From Podarcis cretensis (lineage: Eukaryota), in the NCBI GenBank assembly GCA_951804945.1, contig OX638164.1:28086001-28150000 (forward strand): DNA of 64,000 bases, read 5' to 3'. Below are positions 12,701 to 26,204 of this stretch, piece after piece. Each line of letters opens with the position of its first letter. Within the stretch, counting starts at the first letter, position 1. A program made the translations under genes and the position numbers. Below the pieces are notes generated by a model. The model was not told the origin of the DNA. It saw only the letters and a list, made by a program, of their open reading frames with translations, and ran no database searches.

Positions 12701-13548
12701 AGAAGCCAAGGTAAGCTGTACATTTCTTTTACAACTCTAGGAGCTTCCAGGTATGCTAGGAATGAAATGAGAAGCCATCAGAATACATGGAAGCTTAATA
12801 TTATTTAAGCTGCCTTTCCCCCTTCAATTCAAGAAGTTTTCTTTCAATGCATAAGTGAAACTGGTTTCCTCAGAGAAAGGGTTTGATTCCTTAAAGGGGG
12901 GGGGGATGCTCTTGCTGGTTCTTGGCTATGCACTGGCAGCAGAAACCGCTTCTACTTATTTCTTCCCAGGTGTAGGGGGCTCTACCTCCTCCTCTCTTCC
13001 CTTTTAATGTGGTCACACAGTGGATGAAAATGTCAGGAGATCGCAACATCAACTCTAAATTAACTTGACATTTTACCAGAGACACAAGGAAGCCTCCACA
13101 GAAAGCCAAGATGATACAATAAATAATTTGCGGGAACGGAAGGTTATGACAGTCTGTGAAATGCTCCTGGGAACCAAACGCCTGTCTCGGGGGATGTACA
13201 AAGGCCACCTTTGAGGCCTTCACCAAGCTGGTGCCCTCCAGATGATTTGGACTACAACAGCCATCAGTCCCAGCCAGCAGGGGTGTAAGATGACCTCGGG
13301 GCTGATGGCAGACACAAACCAAACCATCTGGAGGAAACCAGCTTGGCCAACCTGCTGTGGAGAAGGAAACATGTGCCACACCGCAAAATTCAGTCTGGTA
13401 GAAGAACAGTGGTTGCTTCTTCTGAATTTCTGAAAAATGGGAAGGAGTCATTCCAAACATTTACGTCCATTAAATATTTCTAGTGCAAATATGCACAAAA
13501 AGCTCTCAAACAAACTTATCCACGTCTCACAACCAAAAAGAAGAAGCT

Positions 13549-13692
13549 TGAGTCAAATGTCTGAAGCAAGGTTTTGATAATGCTAATGTGATTCTTCCCT
13601 TGTATACTGTGACAGTAAGCACCAAATTAAAAGGTGAAGTGAGCAGGTTTGGGCCTCCAATGAGTCAAATGCGGGGTTGTGCTGAGTCAAAT
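13549..13692. promoter_or_regulatory. Candidate AP-1/ARE enhancer cluster
   Basis: Three TGAGTCAAAT copies (13549, 13661, 13683). The last is in TGCTGAGTCA (MAF/NRF2-type) context. Function not demonstrated. Confidence 0.4.
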
Positions 13693-14540
13693 ATACCATT
13701 TTAGACAGTCTGTCACTAATTTGATTTACAAGACATTCAAATACTTATTTTAGATCCTAAGGGTGAAATACCTCAAGTCCTTTGCTGAAGTACATCTCTA
13801 AAAAAAACATAGGAAAAGCCTGCAAGATGAAACCCAGGTGGGCCCATCTATTCCAGCATCTGGCAGCTACCCACAGTGGAAGACCTGAAGTTCCCCAAAA
13901 GCCTGCAAGAAGTTCATGAAAGCAATAACTCTCTGCCACTGGTGCTCCTCTGCCACCATGCCCAATACCCAATGACAGACCAATTGTCCTCCAGGAATTT
14001 GTCTAATTCTCCCTTTAAAGCTCATCTTGCAACAGCAGATTCCACAAATTAATGATGCATTGTCTGAATCTATTGCCCATTAATTCCACTGCATCTGTTG
14101 TTTAAAGTGGGGGGGAGGAAGACTAGTACATGAACATTTTTGTAACCTTCTTGCTGTCTTAACACCACGCCATCTCAGTCTGGTTTTTGTTTTTTTAAAG
14201 CCATAATGTTGTTTTACAGGAAGGAAAACAGATAACATGTTCAGGCTGTGAGTGAGAGTGAGTTTTGGAGGAATCACAAAGTTGCTTGTGATTGTGCTGG
14301 TGCCCCTGCTGAAGACATAATGGAATCTCCATCCTAGGCATGATCCAACATGCCAGTTCCAGCACTAGGGACTCCATGGGAAGATGCTGAAGATGTCTTT
14401 TGTTCTATTAGCACGGAAACCAAGAGACAAACAGGGGAGGCTGCAAGCCCATGCCTGCAGTTGCAACACATGCACAAGCACCAATGTACTTGGGTGGAAG
14501 AACAATTGGTCTATCAGAAGAGGAGGAGGAAAGATAAACT

Positions 14541-14542
<2 letters not shown>

Positions 14543-14575
<33 letters not shown>
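14543..14575. repeat. (CA)n microsatellite
   Basis: Seen directly. Further (CA/GT)n tracts at ~34878-34913, 44358-44396, 44820-44853, 49476-49514. Confidence 0.95.
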
Positions 14576-14579
<4 letters not shown>

Positions 14580-17500
14580 ATGTGCTTTGCCCCAAAGAAA
14601 AGAAGGGTTTATTTTTAAACAAATATTAAGAACTTTTTAATTATCTCGCAGAAAATAACAGCTGTCCAAATGGAACATTTCAAGGGAAGACTCCAGGGGC
14701 AATTTAAATTATGCAGCTTGTTCTGCCATATCATATTGTATGTCTTAATGAATAAAGCCACAAGGACATTTTTGAAGTGATATAAAAGGGTGGTGGGTTT
14801 TTTATGGGGTAGGGGGGAAGCGGTGCTGCTTGCCAGGGAGAGGGCCAAAAACAAAACGAATGGAACCTGTGATAGACAAAGGGTTACCCAGTCAAATTAT
14901 CACATGACATGCTGGGAAACGGATCTCTAGTTAGGGGAAACTTGGTGGGGAGAGCATGAAGCCATCAAAGGCCAATGGAAAAATCATTCTTAATTACAAT
15001 GTGGGCAAGAAATAAAATAATTTACTGTGCTTCATCAGCAGTGCTGGAGTTCCTTTGCAGGCACAACTAACTGGGGTCAGGCTTGAAAGAAGGCATTTGG
15101 GACTGATAACTGCAGGCTTCTGGCATAAAACAAATGACATTGCAACTATACTGTTAAATTGCCCCCACTCCAGGGACTATGACAAGGGGCTGCCAAGAAC
15201 AGTGGGATCATTATCACCTGCCCATTTTAATTTGAAGAGCTTGGGGCTTTATGAAGGTCACCCATAGCACCCAAACTTGAATCGGAGGTAATTTACACCC
15301 ACTGGACTTTGCAAGCCTCTATGTGTTTGTATATATAGGTTTTAAGCAGGTGGCGATGTGGGAAGGGGTAAGAGCAACAGCAGAAATGATCTGTTGCCCC
15401 TTGAGGCTTTTAGGAAAGCATTTTTCCCTGTGACTACTGCATAAAATGTTGGTAATTATGCTAATTTCATTTGGAGAATGGTTTTCGGTTACACAAACCT
15501 TTAGCACGGAAGGAAGAAAATACATTCCTGGAGTTTTATACCGACATTTAATCATTGGTGTTTGGCTGCTGAAGCTTTTAAGGCTAATGGGTGGCTCTAA
15601 AGTACTACAGAATGCAGCGAGAGAACGGAAATTCATTTCTGTACCCATTTGTCAGGCAATAATATACAAGGCAAATTTAAGCAGGCAGCCTACTCTCTTG
15701 CGGAAAAGGAGAAGGAGGGGGGCATTCGGTTCTCTAACCTTTCATCTGTTTGAAGAGAGAGAGCCCAAGTTAAATTCCATGCAGGAAGATATCAAGCCTT
15801 CAGGATAAGATAAATACCTACGCAGCTTGTCTGCTAAGACACAGCAACTCTGCAAGATCCCATCCATCACGGAAAAGGGGGGGAAAAGAATGAAAGAAGG
15901 GATTTGACAAAGTTGTCCTAGTGGCAATCTCAGCTTAACTATGCCTCAGTGCCAGATCATTTGTTACCACCACAAGGGCACTTTGTGCCTAGGGAAGATG
16001 TAGCTCTTGAGAAACTGTATGCAGAAGATATAAGATGGCTGGTGCGTTGATGAAACGCCTTGAGCAAAGGGTCCAGAATTACCCTCTGAGGAGGCCTGAC
16101 GTTGGCTTAAAGAAGAGGGGGTGGGGGTGGGGGAAAACAGTTGCTTAAATCCAACTAAAAGCCAGGAATTACCTGTGGCCACAATCAGGAGCCCCAATTG
16201 GTCCCATTCACTGTTTTAATCTTCTGCTGAAAGAGCAAAGCATAAGATACCAAAACCCACATTTCAACCAAGATGTCTACTACTTACCTGAGTTTTGGGA
16301 CCCATTATGCTGACAGGCCCTGAGGTAGCAGCATTATATCTAGTTTGAAGTGCGCAAATGATCCGAAGCCCTCCAACTCATTTGTATAGAAGGATTGCAA
16401 CATTTTTGTTAATCGGTATTTAACACCTTTAATTGCCCAAAATGCCATCAGCTAAAAAAAAAAAGAAGAACCAAATATATTTAATGTAAGTGCTTATAAA
16501 AACTGCAGAGGGCAATTACACCACCTGAAAAGAGGCAATGTCCATTCTCTTGGACATACAGGAGGAAATGCGTGCTGTGACACACACACTTGTTATCTAG
16601 GAAGAAAGAGATTTTTGCTTCATAAATATAGTTTTCACCCATATGTGAGTTTATGAAACATTAGTCAATGGACAACTCATAGGAGTAATCAATTAATTTC
16701 TCTCTCACACACAAACACACACATACAAATTAACACACACACACAAGGAGCCTGTGGATTCTGGGAAGAGATGGAAGATTCCAATTCATCAGAAGATTCT
16801 TACAGGGGAAAGGGTCTGTTGGGTTCCTGATTGTGGCTGAAGGTAATATAAAGAGTGATGTGGAAAAAGGATGAAGAGAAGGACACACCACACGGCCAAT
16901 CACAAAGAAGATTGCATCTTGTCCGCAACATTTCCTAGAATGAAACTGAGCCATATTACCAGTTTATGTGGAATTAGACTGATAAAGCTTAAAAAGAAGG
17001 GGGAAATTCTTCTTTAAAAAAAAATACAAACAAAAAATTACAAACAAAATTAGCAGCACCCGGAGGGAAACGTGAAATTAAAATCCACAGAATCGGCATG
17101 GAAATGGCATAAAGAAGTAGTCTTATTATATTCATAGATGAAAGCAATCCAGAAGCCAACAGATGGGTGAAGAAGAGGGATAAGTCAGTTCCTTAAAAGA
17201 ATAGTGGGTGCAATGGTCCACCTATATGGAAACACGGACTTTGGAATCCCATTGGTTTCAGCTGGTTTTAAAGAAAAACTGAGGAGCCAGAGCCTAACAA
17301 AAAGGAACAACAAAATGATGGCTAAGAAGCTGTCAGTGACTAGCCATCTTCCTCTACCTCCCTGTGTCCCTCAGAGGTTGGATGGTGCTGCAGAGAGGTA
17401 ATTTACAGTCAATTCCCCCACCCATCCAAATACTGCTGGCCAGAGCTTTATTACTGTCTTTTCCCATGTGAGCAAGAGAATCCTTCTCTATCATTCCAAC

Positions 17501-19244
17501 TTACATTATTTTTACTCTGAGTTTTAAAAAGCACTCTGCTTCGCTGTCCAGCACCAACTTGGGTGCAGTTTTTAATGCACACATATTTTGCTTTGAACAC
17601 TTATTCCTGAAGGAGAGTTTAGCTCGATACCCAGTTACCCTAAGATGTCCTCTCCCATCGAAGTTACATTTTCACTTTTAGGTGGTGACAAAACAAAGCA
17701 GGATGAATGTCTTCTGGTCCGAAACATCAGATGCAAACCCCTAGCCATGCAGAAAAAAAGACCTCATTACAAACCCCCAGAAGTCGATATTCTACCCTGA
17801 GGTCATGGCAAGACCTCCTATGAACGCAGAGTCTTAAGGAGTGAGCGGGGGAAAGTTAGTCGAGTCTGAACATTTATTAGGGATTATAAAAGCAATACAG
17901 TTGCCACAACTTAACTTGCCTCCCATGAAAGACACCTCACACCATGATGGTTTAAACTCAGGAAGTCATTTCACATGAAAATGAGCTCTTCTCTTCATCA
18001 GGTAGCCTGCTGAGACCCTCCACCCTTCAAATTGCATTTATCTGGAGTCTTCAAGTCTGCTCCTTGCACAGGTTTATAAGGCACATGTTGAGGTTAACCT
18101 GTGGACCACCACCACAAAGTGCTAGAAGGTAAATGGTGGGTCAGTGTGTGGGCAGACCCACTCCATAATGCTGCAGACAAAACAACCACTCAGGCACTCT
18201 GAGAACACACAGAAACCTATAGGAGCTTTGGTTTCTTAAGATCCTGGAAGGAGAAAAATGTAATGAGGCAAAAGGCTAGACAAGGCAACAGAAAATGATA
18301 GCTAAGGCACACTGGAAGGAAAGGTTTTTGTTATTTGTACAGATCCATTAATTCTGAATCTCTGGGAAAGCAAAGCGGAAGACAGGGACATAAAGAGAGT
18401 GAAGGCACAACAACTGCCTGGAAGCTGAATGGCAAACTTCACGTTAAGCAAAGGGGAGATTGTAAGAAGATCAAAGGCTGCCTGTGAAGAGAGTAGTGCA
18501 GTCTCACCTTCCGTACAGGACTCTGTCTGGCATCTCTTCTTATCGAAAGCAAAATAAAAAAAGCTGCAACAGAAGCATCCAGGGGGTGGTGATGACAATG
18601 GAAGATGGGTTAGGCAACCATGCCCGGTTATCAGAAGAGGGAGAGAGCAGCTCACATGAAGGGGAGGGTGGTATAAATGATGTTTGATGGCAGTTGACTG
18701 TGTAGGATGTATCTTGGCTCAAAGTGATGGGTGGGAAGGCAGGGCAGGGATTTAAAATTCAGAGGGAACTAGTTTAGAAAGCGTCACGAAGAAGCTCTGT
18801 TTGTGTACGCTGTGCTGATGGCTGCAGGATACTGAAGCAGATTATGATAACTGAAAATCAAAACGAAATTAATTGCCTAGTGTAAAGAAAGATGCTTGTA
18901 AATATACTATCGAAGCCAAAGTTCAAAGTGAGAATCAGTGCTTTACCTTTTAAAGCATGAATAACTCAAACTGAACCTGGGGGGGGGGGGTGCTGGACAA
19001 TGCTAATTTATGGACTCCCTGAGCAGGATGTTTGAGACTTCAAGGACCTCCATTATCATTTATTGGTAGGTCCCACTTTCCAGTGCTAGCAAAACAAAAC
19101 AAAATAAATTAACAGTAAGTGTAAAAAATGTGGTGACAGCTCCCCTTCTCTCCTCTATCTCCTCCCCCAACCTCTGCTCATCTGATTTTCATAGAAAGTA
19201 ACACACATTTTGGTTTTTATCCATGGTTTATGAAGGTACCGTAC

Positions 19245-19310
19245 CTGTGGTGGTGGCAGGGATGGTAGTGGTTGTGGTTGTTGTGGGTGGAGGGAGAGTT
19301 GTGGGGGGAT
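19245..19310 (-). CDS. CADM1: CADM1 alternative exon 8 (66 bp, Thr-rich O-glycosylation stalk)
   Basis: (D)PPTTLPPPTTTTTTTIPATTT. Long polypyrimidine tract, acceptor tctag|AT, donor AG|gtacgg, symmetric phase 1. Confidence 0.94.
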
Positions 19311-20805
19311 CTAGATAAAACATAAAAAGGGAAACAGAAAAAAAGCAAATTAAAAAATATGAGCAGAACATAAAACTGGTCAATAAATTAACAAAGAAGC
19401 AAAATAAAGGATGGCGGTTATACCCTCTTGCCCACCCTTATGAAGTAGGTCTTAAGTATCAGGAGAAGAGGGCAGGCTAAAATGTGAGGATGGGACTCCA
19501 TTCATTTGGTGGAGAAGCTCTGGATTAGGATGACTGAAGCAAAGCAACACATTTCCCTGCCCTCAAACATTAGGACAAATTGGTGGCAGTGGGATGGGGA
19601 GAAGCAACACACAACACAAAATTAGTCATTGATACGTGAGTGACATGGTATGGGAAAAGCCTGTGGGGGGAAAACCAATACAAATGAAAAACAACAACAC
19701 AAAGCAAGTAAAAAAATTGCATGTTTTCTATGGCTAAGAGGACGGTTTGCAATGTATTAAGAACAATAATGCTTTGTCTTTATTCTGTCTTAAAAAAATA
19801 ATAATCTAAAAATTAGGGGCTAGGAGTGGGGCAGGCGAGAGAGACCCTGCTGCGCTTAACAGACTAAATATCAACAGCAGATGAGTACGTCTCTCCCTCT
19901 GCCTTTCTCCAGAGCAGTTAACTTCATTATTCTCCCTCCATCAATACATCCCAGCAGGATATAAAACTACTTCTAAGCCAGTAATAAATACAAAAGGGAA
20001 CGAGAATGTCACGACTAAATATCAAGTTGGATGCATGGAAGATTTTAGTGAGATTTCTTTTAAAATAAAGTCAATGTCTTTGTGACTTATAAATATTAAT
20101 GCTCTGTCTGGGCTCACAGATTTTCCTCCTGTTTAATATATCACATCCCTTAATGGTCCCAACAGATAAAGATGAAGGGGATTTCTCCCTCTGCCATTAA
20201 AAAAAAAAAAAAAAGAGGTAGGTGGGGGAGCACCATGTATAGAAGACGCTTGACCTGCAAAAGCCAACAGCAAACAATCTCAAGAAGCATCAAATATTTA
20301 TCCAGAAGAGACAGCATCACGACTTCATAAAAAGTTACTGGGTGGAGGGAAGAGGGGGGGGAACCCACCACATATCTGTGCCCAAATGATCAAACTGAAT
20401 GTGTTAAGTAGAGCACCAGACTTTGAACTCAGGAATGAATCCACAATAATGGAGCATGAAACAGTTCGGAGGCTTTTGATTTTAAATTTTATCTCCAGCA
20501 TGTCAAACTTCTCATCATTGACACATCTGCTACTCTTTCATCTCCAAGTGAGCTCTCAGATTTTCTAATTAATACATCCAAACTTTAATTATGTGCTTCA
20601 CCTTTATTGTGTTTGGCACAACTTCCTCAGGAGATAGGAAACATCACTTGGGTGCGGTGTCACTGAGTGAGAGAATGTTTGCAATCACCAAGATGTCTGG
20701 AGCAACTGCAATACCAAGGGGTCAAGGCCTCTGTTTGGGAAAACCTTCAGGCAATCAATTCAGTGCTCACTTAAGTGGTGAAATTAAAGGAGCTGATGGT
20801 CTAGA

Positions 20806-21055
20806 CATGGGTAGGCAAACTAAGGCCCGGGGGTCAAATCCAGCCCAATAACCTTCTAAATCCGGCCCACAGACGGTCTGGGAATCACATGTTTTCACAT
20901 GAGTAGAATGTGTCCTTTTACTTAAAATGCATCTCTGGGTTATTTGTGGGGCACATAGAAATTCATTCATTTTTTCCCCAAAATATAGTCCGGCTCCCCA
21001 TAAGGTCTGAGGGACAGTGGACTGGCCCCCTGCTGGAAAGGTTTGCTGACCCCTG
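20806..21055. mobile_element. hAT-type non-autonomous DNA transposon (MITE)
   Basis: TIRs CATGGGTAGGCAAAC / GTTTGCTGACCCCTG. Degenerate TSD GTCTAGA / GTCTAGGA. Ends shared with 53377-53924. Confidence 0.8.
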
Positions 21056-21924
21056 GTCTAGGAATCAGGAAGCAGAAGGGCTGGGTGCTCCCTATGGCAC
21101 TGGTCTTCATCTGGTAGGTTAGTACCTGCTCCTGAGTCGCAGCCTGATCTGAGATGAGCGGCAACAGTAGCACCACCACCAGTGCACACATGATAAAACA
21201 GAAAAAGAATTGGGTCCCCCAATGCATGTTCAGGTTGGAAGACTTGGAAGCTAACTAGGGGAACTGGCACAAGAACTTTGCCTACAACATCTGACACTTG
21301 ATAAGAATCACCTTGCTTGATCAGACTGGAGGTTCATCTAGTCCAGCCAAGTATTTAACTATTTCCTTGAAAGCCAAATGTGGCCAGGGATTACACACAG
21401 GAGAGTGAGCTAGCTGGCAGAGAAAGGAAGGATCCTCTACCAGACCACTTGGTTTCTGAGCTATCTCCTTTCAAAGCAGCACAGAAACACAGCAGGCCAG
21501 CAGAGTAGGGGCAGAAAGGTCCGCCCCAAGCCTTGTCTGCCAGTAAAAGGCATTTTAAAACTAGTATGCTAAGCTTAATAGAAGCCACATGCTTAAGCTT
21601 CCTCTCCTGTTGCCAGCATGAAAAACATAAGGTACGTAGCCTCCTAGCTGGCCAGTACAATTTTTGCAGTCTAGTTATTTTTGCGGGTCTTTTCTTTTTT
21701 TTTTTTAAAAAAAGCCCCCAATAACAACTGATCTAATCCTGCATTCACCCTTCAAATGGGGCAAGTCAGATGCTGAAGGTGACGCCCAATCTCTGTGTCC
21801 AGGGCCTGCTATTCAGTCTCTCGTCACAGAGGTGCCATTTTGAGGTAGATCTCTCTCCCCCTTCCCCCATGAATCTGCTTCAAAATGTCATCAAGGAATT
21901 TACACTTATGTACAGCAACATGTC

Positions 21925-22269
21925 GGGACGCAGGTGGCGCTGTGGGTTAAAGCCTCAGCGCCTAGGGCTTGCCGATCGAAAGGTCGGCGGTTCGAATCCC
22001 TGCGGCGGGGTGCGCTCCCGCTGCTCGGTCCCAGCGCCTGCCAACCTAGCAGTTCGAAAGCACCTCCGGGTGCAAGTAGATAAATAGGGACCGCTTACCA
22101 GCGGGAAGGTAAACGGCGTGTCCGTGTGCGGCTCTGGCTTGCCAGAGCAGCGATGTCACGCTGGCCACGTGACCCGGAAGTGTCTCCGGACAGCGCTGGC
22201 CCCTGGCCTCTTGAGTGAGATGGGCGCACAACCCCAGAGTCTGTCAAGACTGGCCCGTACCTTTACCTT
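21925..22269 (+). mobile_element. Sauria SINE, young subfamily
   Basis: Starts GGGACGCAGGTGGCGCTGTGG, B box GGTTCGAATCC, ACCTTT tail, 14-bp TSD TACAGCAACATGTC, CpGs largely intact. Confidence 0.93.
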
Positions 22270-22365
22270 TACAGCAACATGTCAGGTGCCTCCACAATCC
22301 TGTTGCTAACACATTTATGAAGGATGCAGTTCCCTTTCACACAAACTTTACTTGGGCTGGGGTTA

Positions 22366-22487
22366 CTTGGAGGTTTTTAAGCAGAGGTTAGATGCCATCT
22401 GTCATGGATGCTTTAGCTGAGATGCCTGCATTGCAGAGGATTGGACTGGATGACCCCTGGGTCCCTTCCAATTCTATGATTCTATGA
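22366..22487 (+). mobile_element. CR1 LINE 3' end
   Basis: GGAGGTTTTTAAGCAGAGG...GGTCCCTTCCAA followed by (ATTCTATG)2, the characteristic CR1 terminal repeat. Confidence 0.85.
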
Positions 22488-25444
22488 GTGCTACCTGCAG
22501 ATCCTACTTATTCAACTGAGGTAGATGCAGAAGAATCCATTGGTCGATTGTGCCTGGTACATAAGATTCTGTGTCTCCCACTCAGCTGTACATGGCAGGG
22601 GCTACTCTACAAACAGAGTCATGTTTGACTAGGAACAATGTGTGGTTGGTTTACTACCTATTTTTCCTGCTGCCAAACTGTGTTGAAATGGGTGATTCCA
22701 AGCAGGCGAAGCCGGAAACCAGTTTTGCCTGGTGAGCGTTTATAGACGGCATTCTCCCATATGCAACCAGATGCCAACATTAGATGCCATCAGAGGAGTA
22801 GCTGTTAGCTGGGCTTTGCAAGTTTGGTGCTGAAGGTTGGCTCCGCTGCTGATAATTTCTTAGATCCTTTGTTGCTTTGCATGTTAATTTTTAAGAAGGT
22901 TTGATGGGCCTCAGCCTGAGACCAAGAACTTAGCCAAGTCTGATACATAATACAGGTCAGGAGATCATCAAGAAAATGAGGGCTGCTCCTTCCCTCAGAT
23001 GATGTCAGCAAAGCTGACCTCTGCTGTAACTTTCCACAGGAGAGGAGATTCCAGGTAACACCCCCCCCCCCCGGGGTCAGAGAAAGAATGCATAGTACAC
23101 TGTACACATATCCAGCGTCCACTGCCAGTGCATTTGACTGTATTAGGCAGGTACTGAAAGAGACTTTGATTTGATGCATTTCCAGGGTACAACATCTTCA
23201 GATCCATGGTCCTCTAACTGGCTCATGCAACAGAAAAACTGATTAGCAATAGCAAACACCTAACAGGTTTTGAGTGATCTGGTGACCAATGTGGGATCAT
23301 AGCTTCACCACTTTTTTCATCAACTAAACTTGCAAGATTTGGCAGGCATGTCAGTTTCCCCCAAGGTGTTCCCACTGAAAATGGGTACAGGCGGTAACAT
23401 ATTTCAGTTTTGATTGAAAGCCTTGGTTTTTGGTTGAGGGGAGAAAGTATCAGTCCAAAGTTTTTCAGATACAAGGAAATGGTGGCACGTATGTGGAACG
23501 GTGCATTTGAATTTGAGGGTTATGGGCATTATTCCATTATTAATTTTATCTCTCCTGTTCTCTTTGAAAGCATTTGGTTGTTTTCAGTGATAATCCTACT
23601 ATTTAAACATTTTTCAGTGTAACAATGGCAAGGACAACCATCTGTTCAACTCACCCATGAGAAGATGTTCTGTAGGAAGGATTAGATTGTTTGAAAATGT
23701 TGCTTTTCTAAATCCTAACTTTAAAAAGAATTTTTTTCCACCAATATTTCCTAAGACTTGTACACATCATCTGATATGCCCTGTCCTCCTAATCTTTCCA
23801 GCCCAATTAACTTCCATTCACACAAGTTTCACTTCCCTTACACTAGACTTAGTGGCAGCTATGGCCTATATAATGACACAAGGAAGTCAAAACACCTTCT
23901 CTGGAGCAACCACACAAAGGTAACATCATCAGGAGGGCACTCTCCTACTCTACACCATTAAATGGTTCCTACCTGTATATGTACACATAATTTTGATGGA
24001 TGGGCAAGGGAAGAATAAACTATGCAGTTAGCTGACCTATACAAGTACAGAAGGGAATCTCACAATGCCTCTCCCTGGGTGAAGATTGCAATTGGTGGGT
24101 TTCATGCTTTGTGCCCCGAGCAAACAAATCTACTGCTCTGCTCCAACTCTGCACTTGCAAACTAATGTCAAGGATGGAGGCCCATGACGATTGGCAGATT
24201 ATAACAACTTGGAACAGTGCACAGGGTCAGAAGCCCAGACTGAGCTGCTGCATCGCAAGCATCAATATGCAGAGCAACACTAAGCTGCTGGAGAGGGCAG
24301 ACTTGGAGGCCGGGGGGGCTGCAAGGAGGTTAGAGAGGATGCATGGGAAAGGAATGACTGAAGGCAACTTACCCATTAAACATTCTGAAGCTGCAACATT
24401 TACGACAGAGCGTGCTATATAAATTGAATGCCCTACACATGTGAAGTGATATTTCATGGAATGGGACTGCAACCAACAATCACCCCCTAAAGTTTTCCTA
24501 GAAAGAGTCTTCTGGAACCGAGGGGATTCAGGAAAACAATGATCTGAAAACAACTGGCTCTCATTATTAGACGCCTTGATTTATCTGTCCACGCTGCCTG
24601 GACCACAGCCTACAGAGCAGCAATGTGTTCATGTCACACAGAACACACCAGTCTTCCCAAGGCTGAAAGGACCGTATTCTGAAAGGTAGCTCCGGAGTGG
24701 GGGTGGGAAATTATTTAATTTTTCTTTTCGCAGGCTAGGATTACTGCTATTTATGCCACAACATTTTAAGGAATGGTAAAAAGAAACCCAGGAAAACAGA
24801 ATTAAAGTAGGTACATAAACGGCACTTTTAAGAAAATGCCTTAGCAAATGTTTTAGTGCTTCTTTGGCAGCTGAAGACAGGCAGAATGAGACTTGCCTTT
24901 CCAGATTGTGTGCTGGGTTACATTATCAGCACACATCTTCAGTTATTTAACTTGCTAAAGAAGGCCTGGCTTAAAATAAAAAAAATTAAAAACTCCCGTG
25001 CTCATTTTTTCAGATGCTTCTGAAAAGACTTCACTGGAATACAAATGGGAATATGGCTGAAGCTATCCTGGATTGTGAAATGAAACAGGATGACTCCAAG
25101 ATGTTTATTGCCCTGCCCCTCATTGCATCTGGCAACTCCCCTTCTCCAAGCCAGCACTTAATGACAGTGCAGGCAGTAGTTTCTTACTTGACATGGGAAG
25201 AAAACACAGTCTGAATCAGATGGGGGGAAAGAAGACAGAAGTAAACAGGCTTGGTTTTGGGTTTTCTCTGTGTGTTTTAAACAACCCACTCACTTAACGT
25301 GCCGAGTTCGAACAGTTATCAGAGGCTGCTTTCTCCATCAAACTGCTTTCTTATTCCACCCCCTCCCCACAACCCCCGCCCAGAATATTTGCCAGAAATT
25401 CAGCATAAAGACATCTGGAAGAAGGGTGTGGTTGTCTCACGTAC

Positions 25445-25617
25445 CGTATACATAAAGTGTGTAATCGGAAAAGGACATCCCCACTTCGTTGGAAGCCTTG
25501 CAGCGGTATGTGCCGTTATCGCTTTTGTTTAGGCTGTTAATGTGGAGGTTTGAACCTGACACTATAACGTGTTGAGGCATCTCGTCGTCTACTCTTAACC
25601 ATGACACATCTGTAGGC
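25445..25617 (-). CDS. CADM1: CADM1 exon 7 (173 bp, rest of Ig3)
   Basis: [57 protein letters not shown]. Acceptor cttag|G, donor CG|gtacgt, phase 2-1. Confidence 0.97.
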
Positions 25618-26204
25618 CTAAGCAGGGAGAAGACAAAACAAAACAATAACCCCAAATGCATTACTAACCCTTTTACTTGCATGTTAAGTCAATGTCATAA
25701 GTAGCATTTCTTTCTTCCTGTGATATAGTTGAGTTCAGTAACAAATATCCAACTTTAATGGGCAGGGAGAAAGAGAGAAAGAGACAATATGCAATTGGAA
25801 AAGCAGGGAGGCTCAGCCTTTTCTTTGTAGGGGCACACACAGGAGGATGCTTGGGTATTATTTCTCAGCTCTGAAATTCTTTTCCATCAAAGTCTTAGCA
25901 TCTTCTGGAAGCAATGCAAAACATTTGTTGGAGAGAGACATAACTAAGGTAAATCAGCCCATAATGTCCTCGGTTTCCTTTGGCTTTCTGAATTGCAAAG
26001 AACACCAGAGACATAATTTCCAAGTGAGCAATCATCCCCTCTCTCTTCCTCTTCTCACACAGGATTTGGAAAAACAAGTTTAAAGCCACAATATGCAAAG
26101 CTTTACACATACCAAGTGAAGGATAATATACCACACGCAGGAATAAAAGGGCTCTGCAAGATACAACAGTTAAACAGAAAAAAGAAAAGCTCAGGGAAAG
26201 CAGC

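Noticed and set aside
12891-13460. 189-aa minus-strand ORF
   Set aside because: Spans a MITE copy, has no protein-like homology or plausible splice context; chance intronic ORF.
21925-22005. tRNA-like A/B boxes
   Set aside because: These are SINE heads, not tRNA genes; no complete cloverleaf, and they continue into the SINE body.
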